A stretch of 54,167 bases of DNA from Octopus sinensis (lineage: Eukaryota): NCBI RefSeq assembly GCF_006345805.1, contig NW_021833811.1, positions 1 to 54,167 of the forward strand. The letters run 5' to 3'. Below the pieces are notes generated by a model. That model was not told the origin of the DNA, made no database searches, and worked only from the letters and a program-made list of their open reading frames with translations. Below are positions 37,701 through 49,369 of this stretch, in pieces. Position 1 is the first letter of the stretch. Each line of letters starts with the position of its first letter. Both the position numbers and the translations under genes were made by a program.

Positions 37701-38615
37701 TAAAACAAATGAAATCCAAACTAAAAATAGAACAGCAACGAACCATGATAAAACGATGGCAAGAAAAGCCCCTTCATGGTAAATACTGGACTAAACTAAA
37801 CGCAAAAGAAATAGACAAAGAAAATCCCAGCAATGGTTGAGAAGCTCAGGACTCAAAGCAGAAACAGAGGGATTTTTAATTGCAGCACAAGACCAAAGCC
37901 TCCCCACCAGAAATTACCAAAAACATGTAATGAAAAGAAATATTACAAGTAACTGCAGAATATGTGGAGATGGACAAGAAACAATAAATCATATTATCTC
38001 TAGTGCCCAGTCCTGGCTAAGAAGGAATATATTCACAGACATGACAGAGTTGGAACCTACATACATTGGAAGCTATGCCAACATATGGAATAACAACAGA
38101 AAAAAGATGGTATAGGCACACACCAGAAAAGGTCACAGAAAACGAGAAAGCAACCATACTCTGGGATATGCCGATACACACAGATAGAGAAATTAAGGCC
38201 AACAGACCAGATATAGTTGTCAGAGATCATGAAGAAAAGAAATGCTTTCTAATTGATGTATCATACCGGCTGATGACAACGTGTCTCTAAAAGAAATGGA
38301 GAAACTCTCAAAATACAAAGACCTGGAAATAGAGGTAACTAGAATGTGGAATCTGAAAACAGAAACAATTCCTATCATAGTAGGTGCATTAGGCATGATA
38401 AAAAAATATTCAGACAAATACATAACAAAAACACCAGGACTTACAATCACATATAACATACAGAAAATTGCACTACTAGGCACTGCACACATCCTACGCA
38501 GAACACTTTCCATACAATAACCATCAAAGCATCACAACAAATCACAGCACATACCCAAGGCACACAGAGCTGCGCTCGGTAGTGAAGTGAAAGCACGCTA
38601 TAAATTAAAAACTAC

Positions 38616-38616
<1 letters not shown>
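34787..38616 (+). mobile_element. R4/Dong LINE family R4-A, apparently full length (~3.8 kb), with multiple frameshifts
   Basis: Extends ~520 bp 5' of the 16.6-19.9 kb copy and includes N-terminal KRRKWTREEY..YKIWKENN..NKLANVRRYI. RT, zinc knuckle and REL are present. Same 3' UTR, then (AAT)n. Confidence 0.93.
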
Positions 38617-38659
<43 letters not shown>

Positions 38660-39179
38660 TTAATAATAATAATAATGATAATAATAATAGCAAAATAGAA
38701 GCGTGCCATTGTTATCAAGTGAACGATAATTTGTACAGAATGGAGAAAAGAGGGTACTCTTGACGGACTAATAGGGTAATCTGAAACAGATCCGAGAGGT
38801 AGCCTTTAACTTTAGCCATTCAGCAGATATTCAAAAAATTAACTTGTCAATCTACTTCAATCTACTTAATTTTGGTTAATATATATAGAACTGAGGTAAC
38901 TCCCCTTGAAGATATAGATTGACAAGTTTATTTTTTGAACCTGTGGAAAACACACGAGACGTCGAGATAGCGTTCATTTGATAACAATGGCATTCTTCTA
39001 TTTTGGCTTCTATATCTTCTGAAGGAGTTACCTCAGTCCTATATATATTAACCAAAATAATTATAATGATAATAATAACAATCATAATTACTATTTCACT
39101 TATTGATCACTAGGGCCGACATATAGCAATTCAGTAGACGTGGAGAGGGGAGATATTACATAAAACAACGAGTACACAA

Positions 39180-42070
39180 TTAAAACAGTAACAATAATAT
39201 CAAACAAGAAGAATATAACATTGAAAGCTTCCCTGAGTTGGGCTCAGTTACCCCACCAATACTGAACCACTCGACACTTCGAGCGCATCCGGGAAGGGCA
39301 CCCTTCTCCCTCTCAAATCCATCGCCTACAGGCGCATTATTAGAGTAAGTCCACTCACACTGGCCATTTTCGCTACATTCACCCACCTCTTAGCACATTT
39401 CCTTGGAGGCAGCACTCATCTCTCTACCCTAATCTTTCTTTCCAAGTGAAATTTGAAAAAGTTGACATGGGATTGGTCGAAGAGAAAAGTGTCTGTCTTC
39501 AGTTTTATCAACCTGGTCCACCATACAACTCCTTTCGCTACTACGATCAGACAGAGGAAATTTGCCTACCCTCCAGGACCAACGGAAGGCGGCAGACCGA
39601 TCTTCACTGTGGATTCAGCCAATAGCCGTATCCGTTCTACACGTGTTTAATCTAAATCAAAAATAATTTAAATAAAATTATCCTCTCAACGTAAGTGAGA
39701 CACATTACAATTATTCAAGCTGCTCAACATAACTCCGCAAGTCAGTAGTGCACGGACACTGGTCGATTCCTCGCTCTGCGCACATCTCGGTCAGGTCTGT
39801 CTGACAGCGCTTCCGCGCCTGTATAGTTTATCTCGAACCTGCAGTGCCCCCTGATAGCACTGGCAAGCAAGGATTTCTACTAGTTATCCATCGGTCCCAG
39901 CTCGAAAGTCCTCCTGAACAGACTGCTCAGTTGGACATCATCGATGTCTAGTGCCTCTCCAAGGGCGTCATCGCTCTTTCCCTCCATTAAGTTGCTATAG
40001 AAATCGAGAGTGGACGTTCCACACTTGAAGAGGGGGCGCTCCAGTTTGGCGAGGTATGAACGGAGGTAAGACATGGGCGAGATGTATGGATTCGCCACCT
40101 CCCCTCGACCTTTCAGTGATAGCTTCCTCGTAGCCCACTTCTGGGTGAGACTGGCTACCCTACTCGTCACCTCGTCCAAACTCTTATCCACCTGGAGGTC
40201 TGGTCCGAACCAAATCCAAACTTTACTGGTCCGTCCGTCTGGTGCCCAGCGACGCTGTTGGACGGCGTGGACTTGCCTCTCCAAGTGCCGAGTTGCAAGC
40301 CACCGACTTTCCCGGTTTAAGTTTTGCCCCTGTCAGCTTTTGATATTCCTCCAATGATGTGCCGACCACTTCGATTTCTGAGGCGTCCGACACCATCACG
40401 GTGATGTCATCCGCATAAGCCGACACATCCCTTCTGCGTCCCGGTTCGAGCGGGATTCTCTGCAGCAGCTCCAGTTTCCGCGGTAAAGGCTCAATAGTCA
40501 ATACGTACAGAATGAAGAAGAGAGGATACCCTTGAGGGACTAATAGGGAGATCTGAAACAGATCTGAGAAGTGGCCTTTAACTTTGACCATTCAGTTGAT
40601 GCTGCTGTGAATTGCAGCGATCCAGCCTCTGAAGACGAGGCCGAAGTCATCCGCTTTGAGAATAGCCTCCAGATATCGATGGCTGACCCTATCGAATGCT
40701 TCCGATTGATCTAAATTGATCAGCGCCCCCACCGAAGCCAGGTTTACACACTACCCTTCCAATGATGTATCGCATGAGGTGGAGGCTGTTATTTATGGAC
40801 CTGGTCGGGATTGCGCATGTTTGCGCCTCCTCAACCAAATCCTCGATGACAAGCGCTAACCTCTTGGACTAAATCCTAAACTCTGTGTTAAGCAGAGTTA
40901 TGGGCCTGAAGTTATTTAATGTGACCCTCTTGATTTCATCTGTCTTTATCAACGTCACTATGCGTCGGTTCACAGAACTCGGAATACGCCTGTTCTGCTG
41001 CCAGTTGCAGTAGAGCGCTTCGAAGAGATCGGAGAACAAGTCAAGCATATCTACATAAAGCTCATAGGGCAGACCATCTAAACCAGGTGCCTTGCGACTT
41101 CTCCGGCCGACAAGGGCATCCTGAATTTCGGCTGAAGTTATCTGCAACCATGGCACACAGCGTCGACCGTCGAGAGACGTGGCAAGCCGTCGTAGAACAG
41201 CTTTGATCCCCTCGTTTGTTAGAGAACGTGCCTTGGCTCTAACAATGCAACCTTCATATTTTGCATTGAAGAACTGGTCTAATACCAGTCTCGCTGCTAG
41301 CACTTCGGTTGCAATGCCACTACAAATAGCCTCGACTAGTTTTGCTACTAACTCCTCCTTCTTTCTATTTTTTTTCAAACGCTACTTCTTTGCTAAACCT
41401 TAGCGATATTACTCTAATCTTTCTTTTGAGAGCCACTCACCAACAGCTGTTGACGACTCCCTCCCCGGTCAACTTCTGCTTAATTAAATTGTTGACCTGG
41501 TCCCTGTAAGCCTTGAGTATCGGAAATGATATTTTCAACTTCCAGTATCCGGGTCCTAACCTACGCATCTTATCTAGTTCGACCGTACATATTACAAACT
41601 TATGATCTGAATAGGCGACCGTTTAAAAAGTGGACATCCCACACTATTACTATCTATCTTCCCACTGAAATTCCTATCTATATACGATCTAGATGACCCT
41701 AGGCGGTTGGTCCAGGTCCACTCTGGCGCATTAGCGAAATCTCGTCGGTACCTGTTAGATAGTTGGAACTGGTTGATCAGGAACTTGAGGCTTTTGCACC
41801 TGCCTCTTCTATCAGCTACACCCACACAATCCCAGCGTTGGTTTAAGATTCCGTGCCAGTCCCCACTAATAGTAGAGGACGAGACGTACATAGAAAGGCT
41901 TCCAGACGCCTAAACAAATCCAGCCGTTTGGCTCCAGTAGGGGCGTAGACGGCCAGCAGTCTAAAGACACCACCTTCACTATTGCTCACGTCGTGCTTGA
42001 AAAATAGGTCAAGAACCAATCTCGCCACCTTTCCTAAATGCTGCTTATCGCTTCCTAACTGGGTCTCCAC
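39180..42070 (-). mobile_element. Degraded Tx1/L1-clade LINE ORF2
   Basis: APE: FRLLAVYAP..FRRLEAFL, SYIDR, SDHK. RT: KAPGLDGLPYELY, FRPITLLN, PQG.P, AYADDITV. C-terminal WQCYQGAL.VRDKLY..PRC and KIRVER..KRW. Confidence 0.9.
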
Positions 42071-42099
42071 CTACTCTAGATTTGTTTATCACTAATGCT

Positions 42100-42780
42100 C
42101 TACTAGCATCTCTATTGTAGGAGCACTTTTTAGAGTCATCCATCATCAGTTGTTGACGATTGCAGCCGTCAATTTCGGGTGGACTAACTTACTAACACGT
42201 CTCTGAAAGCTTGGCGCACCGTGAAAGATGCGTTCGGCTTCTAGTGTTCAAGCACAGCCAATGGAGCTTATCTACATCCACCGTACAGATCGCAAATTTG
42301 TGTTCTGTGTAGCCGACTACTTTAAATTGTGGACAGCATATGCAATTCCTATCTTCTACAATACAGAAAACTCCATCTAGAATCGACCAGGATGACCTGA
42401 TGCCCATGTCTACATTGGTGCATTCAGGTAATCCAGTTGAAACTTGTCAGTCATATTGAAACGACTGGGCAGGTTTAAGAGGCTTTTTGCATCTTCTCCT
42501 ATCAGCCTCACACAGTTTAGACGTGTAATGAAGATTTTCCGAGGAACACCTCCCGAAGCTCGAAGAAATTTGGCCGCCCTTCTCCCATTGGAAAAACATT
42601 GATTGCCACAGACCTGAAACGACCACTTTTCGCTACCACCAACGGCCAAAACAACCAACTTGCTGACCAAGCCTGGGAAGATTGGCTTCATCTCAAGTTT
42701 CAGTCCTTTCCGAAACAGCACTGCCATTCCGCGTCCCATTACAGGTCAATGGAAAGGGGAATGAAGCGGAGATCTCAAAT
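42100..42780 (-). mobile_element. Second Tx1 endonuclease fragment
   Basis: GRGMAVLFRKGL..LVVLAV and SILDGVF..CPQFKVVGYTEHKF repeat the APE domain in the same orientation. Confidence 0.75.
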
Positions 42781-43306
42781 TCATCAAAAATAGGCGCGAA
42801 ATTTGTTTTTACGCAATGGCTACCACCGGTGCTCCAGCATGGCCGCAGTCAAATGACTGAAACAAGTAAAAGAGTAAAAGAGTATATGTTCACGAAAGAG
42901 TATTTTCGAAGACTATGAAAGTTTATCCTTGCAGGGATAAACTCAAAAACGGATAATTTTCTTTTCTTATTTCGATTGAAAGGTATATGGGTTTCGAACC
43001 AAACTGATGCGATAGACTGAGATGCTGCAATATATGGAGCGACAGAACACAAGAGTTGTATCAGGAAATATTGATGGTTGTTAACATACAGAATGGGACG
43101 ACGTGGCGATTACACAATACCAAACATTTTGCAAGTGAACCTAATTCAATGAAACTTCAATATTCACACACACGCACAAGAATATTTGACTGCAAAATAA
43201 ATGAATACACTTTCGAAATATTAAGTAAGATTTATGCGGAGAATATCACTGCTGAACAGAGCGGTTCTAAAGATATGTTTAACAGATCCCGACCCAAAAA
43301 CTGACA

Positions 43307-43307
<1 letters not shown>

Positions 43308-43351
<44 letters not shown>

Positions 43352-43480
43352 TCTCTCTCTCTCTTTCTCTTTCTCCTTGTCATTCTCTCTCTTTCGTCTC
43401 CTCTCTCTCTCACTCTCACTCTCTCTCTTCTCTCTCTGTCTCTCTCTCTCTCTCTGTCTCTGTCTCTCTGTCTCTCTCTG

Positions 43481-43527
<47 letters not shown>

Positions 43528-43810
43528 TTCTCTCATTGAATCTGACTTGTACACGCATACATGAAGACATTCTGTTTACTTTGGAGTTAGCAATGGAGGC
43601 AACGAACCCAGCTTACAAACGAAAAATATTGTATATGAAGCGTTGGATTAGCAAAGTGTACGGCGTAGAACTACAAAATAATAAATACAACGTGATTGAT
43701 TTTCATCTGAAAAACATAAAGCAAGCGAGAGAAAAGAGATGGAAGGAAGAAAGAAAGAAAGAAAGATAGAAAGAAAGAAAGAAAGAAGAAAGAAAGAAAA
43801 AAGAAAGGTG
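43308..43810. repeat. (CA)n/(CT)n and (GAAA)n microsatellites
   Basis: Directly visible at 43308-43530 and 43740-43810. Confidence 0.9.
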
Positions 43811-44424
43811 ATCAGAATTGTGAACAATTTTGATTTGATCCAGGTTGAGGATTTTCATTCGTTTATGGATGAGTTACCCAATTTGGTTCCAAATTTCTTC
43901 ATTTTATACGTGAAAAAATTAAATCTGTGTTTCACACATTCAGTTAATCTTCTGTAATTATTTTACGCAATTTAAGTAAAACTCGTATCATATCCTCATA
44001 TAGTGTAAGATATCTGTTCGTCTCCCTCACAGACTAATGTCATCTACACACAATTTAGATATTACACCCCAGACATGCATTATTTTCATCATCAAAGATA
44101 TTGAGAATATTCACTGACAGTCACGTGACAAAAACCTAAACACACAACCTTTTGACAAAACGTTGCCTTTTCTCTTTTCTCCTTGGTAATCTTGTGTCTC
44201 AATCCCAAAATCTATGCTAAGCGCATCAATCAAACCTTTATTAGAACTTTCACTCTCTGAAACGAAAACTCTACAAACAATTTTTTATCCACAGACACCA
44301 TTCGACATTGACCAGAGAAATCGTAGAGACTTTTCAAATGCCGACAGTATTGTCTCTCTTTCGATTGAAACATAGAATACAAGTCAAGGAATGAAATAAA
44401 CCCAGAAGATTCAAATTTGTTTAC

Positions 44425-44682
44425 CGTCTCTATACTTGGTCGGCACAGTTCTTCTCAACTGATAAAAATAGGCATTATTTTCCCCTGTTAGAATTTTCTC
44501 TGTTGAGTCATTTTCGTATAAAATACATCTTGGACTTATCGTTCTGCTCACGAAGGATTTACATGCAGAAGTTTCAAAACACCTCTTCGAACAGTCGAAG
44601 GCATCCACATCAAGTGTCATCAATGTTTTAGCATCTTTCAGATCACAGTGTTGTACTTTTATAAAATACGTCAGATATTCAA
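44425..44682 (-). CDS. PAN/apple-domain internal exon (phase 1-1), intact
   Basis: Acceptor ggtttttgttacAG|TT and donor GACG|GTAAAC. 258 nt, open: EYLTYFIKVQHCDL..AFDCSKRCFETSACKSFVS..PRCILY..AYFYQLRR..YRD. Confidence 0.85.
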
Positions 44683-45987
44683 CTGTAACAAAAACCAGGC
44701 AATTAAACAACCCAAATAGGAAGACGTAAATAAAATATTGTGAAAATATATAATATAAAGAAAGAGAATATTAAATGTTTGACGATCAACATTGTATGTT
44801 TACTAGGAAGAAGTGATAAAGTTGTTACTACCATAGTGTAGGTACAAAGCATCTTGGAATATATTATCTGTTTAATAAATATGAGTTTTTAAAGTTGTTT
44901 AATTCTCATATTTAAATGATTCGTATGTTATGTTCTATAATGTTCAACGGTTGTGCATTGTAAAGTTTGCCCCAGTATCAGCACTTTGTCAAATTTAACA
45001 AAATGCTTAGAAACTGACGAAACACTGACGAAATGGAAATTATGTTCAGAATTGAATTCGTCATTATTCGGCGGTTTTATCTTGAACTTAGAATTTTAAA
45101 TTTTCTTTTCAACTAATTTACTATGAGAAGGAAAATATTTTCCTATACTGAACTTATAAATTACAATTTTGCGCTGTGATTTTTATAATGTTTATAGATA
45201 AAGGTCTATATATTGATATAAATCTACTCACGTCCATTTCCAAATGTCAATGAGATGTAGAAGAGAACTGCAACGAAAATTTATTTTGTAAAATATTTTA
45301 TATTCCATGTCCACGTTTAACATTAATTTACAAACATTAAAGACGAAAAGATTAAGAAAGAGAAGTGTTATATGCATAATTCGATAATAAATACGACGAT
45401 GACCACCACCACATCACCATAAAAATATAATGCGAGAGTTGACCACATTCTTTCTGCTGATCCATTCCTTGTCAAACCCAATTATGTTCTTAGAAAGGAA
45501 TCTATGTCCACTGGATCATGTACCATCATTTGGAGACAAGAACGGTTAGGAAGGGATAAAACATCAAAGACGATACATAATAACCACCTGACCACAATCG
45601 GGGAAATGACAGACAAAGATATCAAAAAGAAATCGTACAAGGATAAATTTATCAAAGAATGAAACAATATTTGTACTCAGATTGATATCGCAATTACTTT
45701 TTGCAAAAAAATTTCCTGGTGAGAGATGTGGAAACTGTCAATATTCACGATCCATGAATTTAAAATGAACAAGAATCAGGTATGAATTTGAAAACGATAT
45801 GACTGAAGTACAAGATAAAAGCCATATCAACGATATTCTCAGTTCAAAAGATGATCCAGTTAAACCCGGCCCACATGGTACGCAAGACACTTTCAATTTA
45901 GCCGTACATCTCAAATAGTTCCCTATATAATCACCGACCAATAAAATATTTACATTTTACACACACACATACTGTAAAGAATCACAG

Positions 45988-46975
45988 CGAAACCATGTAA
46001 CACAACACATTCTCCAGACATTAACTGATCCAATAAAAAAGACAGCATATATTAATCTATATTCAAGAAAATAAAATCTGAGTAAAAACCTCCTAAATGA
46101 AATGCATCGAAAGATATATTTACTCATGCATAAATAAGGTTACCGTCTAATGATACTGACTTGTGATTCAGTTTTTCGAGGTTGCACCATGGTTATACCG
46201 ATTAAATGTGGGATAAATATAATAATAAGAAGGATGAAATTCAAGGATGGAATTTATAAATAGTTAATACACCGCTACGCGCGTTTCCACAAATCACACG
46301 ATTTAAACATCGGACTCCGTATCCTTGAGATTGGTACAGTATAGTCCGTATTATCCATGGGCATCCGATTGATCATCATCATTCATTCATTTAATCAGGC
46401 GATACTACATTAGTGGATGAATTACAGAGGAACTCTGACTAAATTGGCCTTTATACTGGCAAGACAGGATGAACATACTAGAATTATTGTTGTTATTGTT
46501 GTTATTATTATTATTGGGTGAGAGGGCAGTGCACGCAATCAAAGTGACACTGGAGTAAAATATACAAGGCCCAATATACTCATGATCATAACTACCCGTC
46601 TGATAAAGGTACACCAGACACATGCATCACAGCCGTATGTGTGTTCTTGCGTGTCTCACTCGTGATGGTTAATTCTTAACAACTTAAAACATAATATATT
46701 AAATATATAATAAAATGTTTACATACAAATAACCTGAAGACACTTCCTCAGCAACATCCTCTCTGTTTTCTGGGTAGAAATGGCTATCAAGAACGAAATG
46801 TTACTAGTTTAAATCTACTTTCTTTATAAAGGAAAATCATTGTATGAACTTTTCATCGATTTATCAATATCAGATGCCCTGAATTATTTACATTAATTAT
46901 GAATATGATCTGCGTTTAAATGTATTAACATATTGACGTACAACTCACTTATGATGGTAAAATCATTAAATGATA
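45988..46975. repeat. Condensed paralogue of 1-140, 10458-10789 and 11750-12090
   Basis: The three blocks occur in the same order and orientation and are nearly contiguous here. Confidence 0.92.
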
Positions 46976-47038
46976 CACACATACACACAGACACACACAC
47001 ACGCATATATATATATATACCTACATACATATATATAC

Positions 47039-47078
<40 letters not shown>

Positions 47079-47127
47079 GTATGTATGTATGTATGTATGT
47101 ATGCATGTATGTATGTAAGTATGTAAG

Positions 47128-47158
<31 letters not shown>

Positions 47159-47347
47159 GTATGTATGTAAGTATGTAAGTATGCATATCACAGTATCAGT
47201 CAGACTATTAGTTGTTATACATCACTGGTCACAATACGCTCCGCATTGTTGTAGCTTTTGAATGATGCCATCGCACTGGCTAAGTGAGATGGCCAACATT
47301 CCCTTTGATCGGAAGGTTGTTGCGTCACAGGGTTATTCATTTACAGT

Positions 47348-47590
47348 GGAGGTGCAATGACCCAGTGGTTAAGGCAGTGGACTCGCGGCAGTAAGATCGC
47401 GGTTTCGATTCCCAGACCGGGCGTTGTAAGTGTTTATTGAACGAAAACACCTAAAGCTCCACGATGCTCCGGCAGAGGGTGGTAGCAGACCCTGCTGTAC
47501 TCTTTCACTACAACTTTCTCTCACTCTTTCTCCCTGCTTCTGGTGTACCTGTATTTTAAAGGGTCAGCCATCCTGAATGCAAACACTCTA
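47348..47590 (+). mobile_element. tRNA-derived SINE (third family)
   Basis: ggtgcaaTGACCCAGTGGttaagg..GGTTTCGATTCCc A/B boxes. Confidence 0.8.
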
Positions 47591-47684
47591 ACCACTATGT
47601 CATGCGCCTCCAAGCACAAATACACTCACACACGCACACACACACATATACAAACACACATACACACACAAACACAAGCACATA

Positions 47685-47771
<87 letters not shown>

Positions 47772-47788
47772 ATAATTATATATATATA

Positions 47789-47879
<91 letters not shown>

Positions 47880-48628
47880 CAAAATGGTACAAGAACGCAA
47901 AACATCCAGACAGTTAGGTGATACAAGAAAGGGACAACAAAACATCCAGATAGACAATACAAAGAAAACAAGTCGGATCATTAGGAGTTTTCTTTCCTCA
48001 GTCGAGTTCCAGATTATCTTTGCAATTTCGGCTGGTTATACTCGAGATTGCTCTAATCTGGTCAGCCCCAAGGGAAAACTAAGCTATGAGCATTATAGTC
48101 CTTGGAAGAAAGCAGCGAATGTATACGAAAACAAAGACGGAAAAAACGGAGAAGGCTACACAAATACAAACAAACAGGACATAACAACAGGTGTCTTTCG
48201 ACTAAGGACGAATTAAATTAAGCTGGCGTGTGTGGAAGTAAAGCCTTACGGCAGGGATACAAGATTTCACAGACACAGGGAAGATTATATATGTTGCACG
48301 GACAGCAGCCGAACCAAGAAAGAAAGGTCAGGCTTGGCCGAACACCGGTCACGTGGGGAGAGAAGAGAAAGATGTAGAGGCAGAGGGACAGAAGAAATAA
48401 GGAGGTGCGAGAAAAAATGCCAGGGACTCAGTGAAGTGAAAAAAGGAGGGAAATGAGCATGAAGAGAAGGCAATGAAATACGAGAGAGGGGGAGCGAAGG
48501 AACGAAAAGTGGAGTTAACGAAGCAAGCGTGAAAGGGCTGATAGAAAAAAGAAAGAATAAAAGTGTAAAAGTCGTACATTTAGATAAATATATGCTTACA
48601 TATAAGAGACCAAAGTGTACGTACGCCG

Positions 48629-48719
<91 letters not shown>

Positions 48720-48862
48720 CATACATATATATACATATATATACATATATATATACATATATATACAAGTACGTATATTTCTATGTATCTATGTATAATT
48801 TGTGCTCCATACACATGTCAAAATACCGACTGTTTTATCAAAATAATGGGACAAACCAATGA

Positions 48863-49330
48863 TACGAGAGTAACTTGAAAAGTTCATAGGCTGACCAAGA
48901 TACTTTCATGGAATGTGACCAATCCTTGAGCTCCATGCACTTCTTTCATTGGTGTTGCACTACTTGGATCCCACGGGAGGAAGAAGCTTTCATCCTGTTG
49001 ATAAAAAAAATACATTGACAGCAGATATGGCGTCATCGTCACAGCGATACCGGCACCGATGAGCAGAAACCTTCGTCATGCCTGTCTCATTGTGCAGAAT
49101 ATTTGCAACTCTCCCACGGGATATGCTAACAGCATTGGATATTTGATTTATAATCAATCGCCTGTCATGTACCAGCATGTGGTGAACACAACCAATGTTT
49201 TCCTCGGTGGTCACAGCTGCAGGTCGTCCAGACCTTGGGCTATCTTCAAGATTCTCTCTTACCCTCCTAAATTCAGCTGTCCATTTTTACACCGAGAATA
49301 AGGCTGTAACGTCAACCCTTTCTCTGTACC
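48863..49330 (-). mobile_element. Internally deleted mariner
   Basis: TIR-like tacgagagtaacttgaaaagttcatagg. HTH region TTEENI..VHHM..DRRL.INQI..ISR.RV.NILHNE.GMTKVSA is joined directly to C-terminal residues. Confidence 0.85.
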
Positions 49331-49369
49331 TCTTCTGTCCATGTCACTAGTTTTGTGGAGATTTCCAGT

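Noticed and set aside
44230-44410. Minus-strand frame YCRHLKSLYDFSGQCRMVS resembling a PAN C-terminal half
   Set aside because: Lacks the C-x3-C core and convincing splice sites; the similarity is too short.
45014-45033. CTGACGA...GAAA hammerhead-like words
   Set aside because: A short tandem repeat of actgacgaa with no pairable stems.
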